From the NCBI RefSeq assembly GCF_001457595.1, contig NZ_LN831039.1, positions 6,240,001 through 6,272,000 of the forward strand: DNA of 32,000 nt, written 5' to 3'. The stretch's first letter is position 1. Each line of letters opens with the position of its first letter. The position numbers were made by a program, and so were the translations under genes. Positions 29,805-32,000 of the stretch are shown piece by piece. Below the pieces are notes generated by a model, which worked only from the letters and a program-made list of their open reading frames with translations, was not told where the DNA came from and did not search any database. Source of the DNA: Mycolicibacterium smegmatis (GTDB lineage Bacteria > Actinomycetota > Actinomycetes > Mycobacteriales > Mycobacteriaceae).

Positions 29805-29843
29805 TGCGGACGGCGATGCGCGGGCTGTGGATTTGCCCACTCT

Positions 29844-29884
29844 GAGCTGTCACGGACCGGCCAAGGATCGATCCGTGACAGCTC
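29844..29884. repeat. 13-bp perfect inverted repeat between ponA2 and metallophosphoesterase gene
   Basis: GAGCTGTCACGGA (29844-29856) / TCCGTGACAGCTC (29872-29884), 15-nt spacer. Confidence 0.8.
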
Positions 29885-29903
29885 GGGGCAGTAGGCTGCG
29901 AGC

Positions 29904-30890
29904 ATGTCCGCCGTTTCGCTCGTCAAGACCGCCGTCAAGACAGCCCCGGTGATCAAGAAGGCTGCCGCCATCACCGCAGGGTCGCTTGTCGCCGGGGTCG
30001 GTTATGCATCCCTCATCGAGCGGAACGCGTTCGTACTCCGCGAAGCGACCATGCCGGTGCTGGCGCCGGGCTCGACACCGCTGCGCGTGCTGCACATCAG
30101 CGACCTGCACATGCGTCCCAACCAGCGGCGCAAGCAGGCATGGTTGCGGGACCTGGCTCGGCTGGAGCCGGATCTGGTGGTCAACACCGGTGACAACCTG
30201 GCCCATCCGAAGGCCGTGCCCGCGGTCGTGCAGTCGCTGAGCGAGTTGCTCTCGGTGCCCGGCCTGTTCGTGTTCGGCAGCAACGACTACTTCGGTCCGC
30301 GGCCCAAGAACCCGCTGAACTACGTCACCAAGCCGCAGCACCGCACCCAGGGTGAGGCGTTGCCGTGGCAGGACCTGCGTGCGGCGTTCACCGAGCGCGG
30401 CTGGCTAGACCTGACCCACACGCGCCGCGACCTCGAGGTTGCCGGGCTGCACCTGTCGGTGGCCGGTGTGGACGATCCGCACCTCAAGCGGGACCGCTAC
30501 GACACCGTCGCCGGTCCCGCGAACGCCGCGGCGAACCTGACGCTGGGGCTCACGCACTCCCCCGAGCCGCGCGTGCTCGACCGGTTTGCCGCCGACGGCT
30601 ATCAGCTGGTGCTCGCCGGGCATACGCACGGTGGTCAGCTGTGCCTGCCGTTCTACGGCGCGCTCGTCACCAACTGCGAACTCGACCGCTCGCGTGCCAA
30701 GGGCGCGTCGCGCTGGGGCGCCGACATGCAGCTGCACGTCTCCGCGGGCATCGGCACGTCGCCGTACGCCCCGGTACGTTTCTGCTGTCGTCCCGAGGCG
30801 ACGCTGCTGACGCTGGTGGCCGCGCCCACCGGAGGGGGCAACGCGGGGACCAGGGCCGGCACGTCGTCGCCGTCGGTGTCCGCGCGCTGA
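29904..30890 (+). CDS. Calcineurin-like metallophosphoesterase (Rv3683-like)
   Basis: 328 aa; [40 protein letters not shown]. Confidence 0.93.
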   Translation: MSAVSLVKTAVKTAPVIKKAAAITAGSLVAGVGYASLIERNAFVLREATMPVLAPGSTPLRVLHISDLHMRPNQRRKQAWLRDLARLEPDLVVNTGDNLAHPKAVPAVVQSLSELLSVPGLFVFGSNDYFGPRPKNPLNYVTKPQHRTQGEALPWQDLRAAFTERGWLDLTHTRRDLEVAGLHLSVAGVDDPHLKRDRYDTVAGPANAAANLTLGLTHSPEPRVLDRFAADGYQLVLAGHTHGGQLCLPFYGALVTNCELDRSRAKGASRWGADMQLHVSAGIGTSPYAPVRFCCRPEATLLTLVAAPTGGGNAGTRAGTSSPSVSAR

Positions 30891-30898
30891 CGCCGTCG

Positions 30899-31996
30899 AT
30901 GACGGTCTCCACGGTCTCGCGCAGTGGTCCGCGCGAGTGGGTGGACAACGCCGTTCGGCTCATCGAGGCCGACGCCACCCGCAGCGCCGACACCCACCTG
31001 CTCCGGTACCCGCTGCCCGCGGCGTGGTGCGACGACGTCGACGTGGCGCTGTACCTCAAGGACGAGTCCACGCACATCACCGGCAGCCTCAAGCACCGGC
31101 TGGCGCGGTCGCTGTTCCTCTACGGCCTGTGCAACGGCTGGATCTGCGAGGGCACGACGATCATCGAGGCCTCGTCGGGCTCCACGGCCGTGTCCGAGGC
31201 GTACTTCGCGGCGCTGCTGGGCCTACCGTTCATCGCGGTGATGACGGCGTCGACCAGCCCGTCGAAGATCGCGCTGATCGAAGCACAGGGCGGCCGTTGC
31301 CATTTCGTCGAGAAGTCGTCTGAGGTGTACGAGGAGGCGCAGCGGCTGGCCGACGAGACCGGCGGCCACTACCTCGACCAGTTCACCAACGCCGAACGCG
31401 CCACCGACTGGCGCGGCAACAACAACATCGCGGTGTCGATCTACGAGCAGATGCGGCTGGAGAGGCACCCGATCCCGGAATGGATCGTGGTGGGTGCGGG
31501 CACCGGCGGCACCAGCGCGACCATCGGCCGGTTCATCCGCTACCGCAGGCACGCCACCAGGCTGTGCGTCGTGGATCCCGAGAACTCGGCGTTCTACCCG
31601 AGTTACGCGCAGGGGCGCCCGGTGGAGACCGGCGCGTCGTCACGTATCGAGGGCATCGGCAGGCCGCGCGTGGAGCCGTCGTTCATGCCCGAGGTGGTCG
31701 ACCGCATGATCGCGGTGCCCGATGCCGCGTCGGTCGCGGCCGCGCACTACGCCAGCAATGTGCTGGGGCGGCGGGTGGGACCGTCCACCGGCACCAACCT
31801 GTGGGGTGCGTTCGGGTTGCTCGCCGAGATGATGCGTGAGGGACGCAGCGGATCGGTGGTGACGTTGATCGCCGACAGCGGCGACCGATACACCGACACC
31901 TACTTCGACGCCGACTGGTTGGCCAGCCAGGGGCTCGACCCCTCCGGGCCTGCGGAGATCCTCACGGAATTCGAACGTTCCGGCTCCTGGTCGTGA
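30899..31996 (+). CDS. PLP-dependent cysteine synthase-like lyase (Rv3684-like)
   Basis: ATG 30899, 365 aa; [20 protein letters not shown] (PLP Lys), [37 protein letters not shown]. Track ORF from 30365 is over-extended. Confidence 0.9.
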   Translation: MTVSTVSRSGPREWVDNAVRLIEADATRSADTHLLRYPLPAAWCDDVDVALYLKDESTHITGSLKHRLARSLFLYGLCNGWICEGTTIIEASSGSTAVSEAYFAALLGLPFIAVMTASTSPSKIALIEAQGGRCHFVEKSSEVYEEAQRLADETGGHYLDQFTNAERATDWRGNNNIAVSIYEQMRLERHPIPEWIVVGAGTGGTSATIGRFIRYRRHATRLCVVDPENSAFYPSYAQGRPVETGASSRIEGIGRPRVEPSFMPEVVDRMIAVPDAASVAAAHYASNVLGRRVGPSTGTNLWGAFGLLAEMMREGRSGSVVTLIADSGDRYTDTYFDADWLASQGLDPSGPAEILTEFERSGSWS

Positions 31997-32000
31997 TCCG

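Noticed and set aside
27189-29840. 883-aa minus-strand ORF antisense to ponA2
   Set aside because: Composition is Arg/Gly/His-rich with no recognisable domain; it is a high-GC shadow ORF of an unambiguous ponA2.

Overview
The window is high-GC actinobacterial chromosomal DNA. Gene content and order match the Mycobacterium/Mycolicibacterium region M. tuberculosis Rv3660c-Rv3684 (a fast-growing, M. smegmatis-like species is likely; this is recalled knowledge, not a database search). Conserved backbone: ssd/CpaE-like, HAD hydrolase (Rv3661-like), Ms1/MTS2823-type 6S-like sRNA, Rv3662c-like, acsA, secreted protease (Rv3668c-like), holin-X family, ephE, marP, Nudix, thioredoxin-like, nth, small membrane protein, crp, MBL hydrolase, RidA, a 53-aa Rv3678A-like protein absent from the ORF track, two ArsA/GET3-like ATPases, whiB4, ponA2, metallophosphoesterase and a PLP lyase (Rv3684-like). 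Two accessory cassettes interrupt this backbone. (a) A complete D-galactonate catabolic module: iclR-type regulator / dgoK-dgoA-dgoD-dgoT. (b) A four-gene unit between the ArsA pair and whiB4: PucR regulator, non-canonical diaminopimelate-decarboxylase-like PLP enzyme, APC permease, and a cytoplasmic class-A beta-lactamase-fold protein apparently lacking the omega-loop Glu. The best non-coding signals are paired consensus DnaA boxes upstream of the ssd-like cell-division gene, three consecutive hairpins in the same intergenic region, the Ms1-like RNA with closing helix and terminator, a near-consensus CRP site just before acsA, and a large near-perfect inverted repeat filling the crp/MBL convergent gap. 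No CRISPR array, rRNA, tRNA, prophage or transposase was found.
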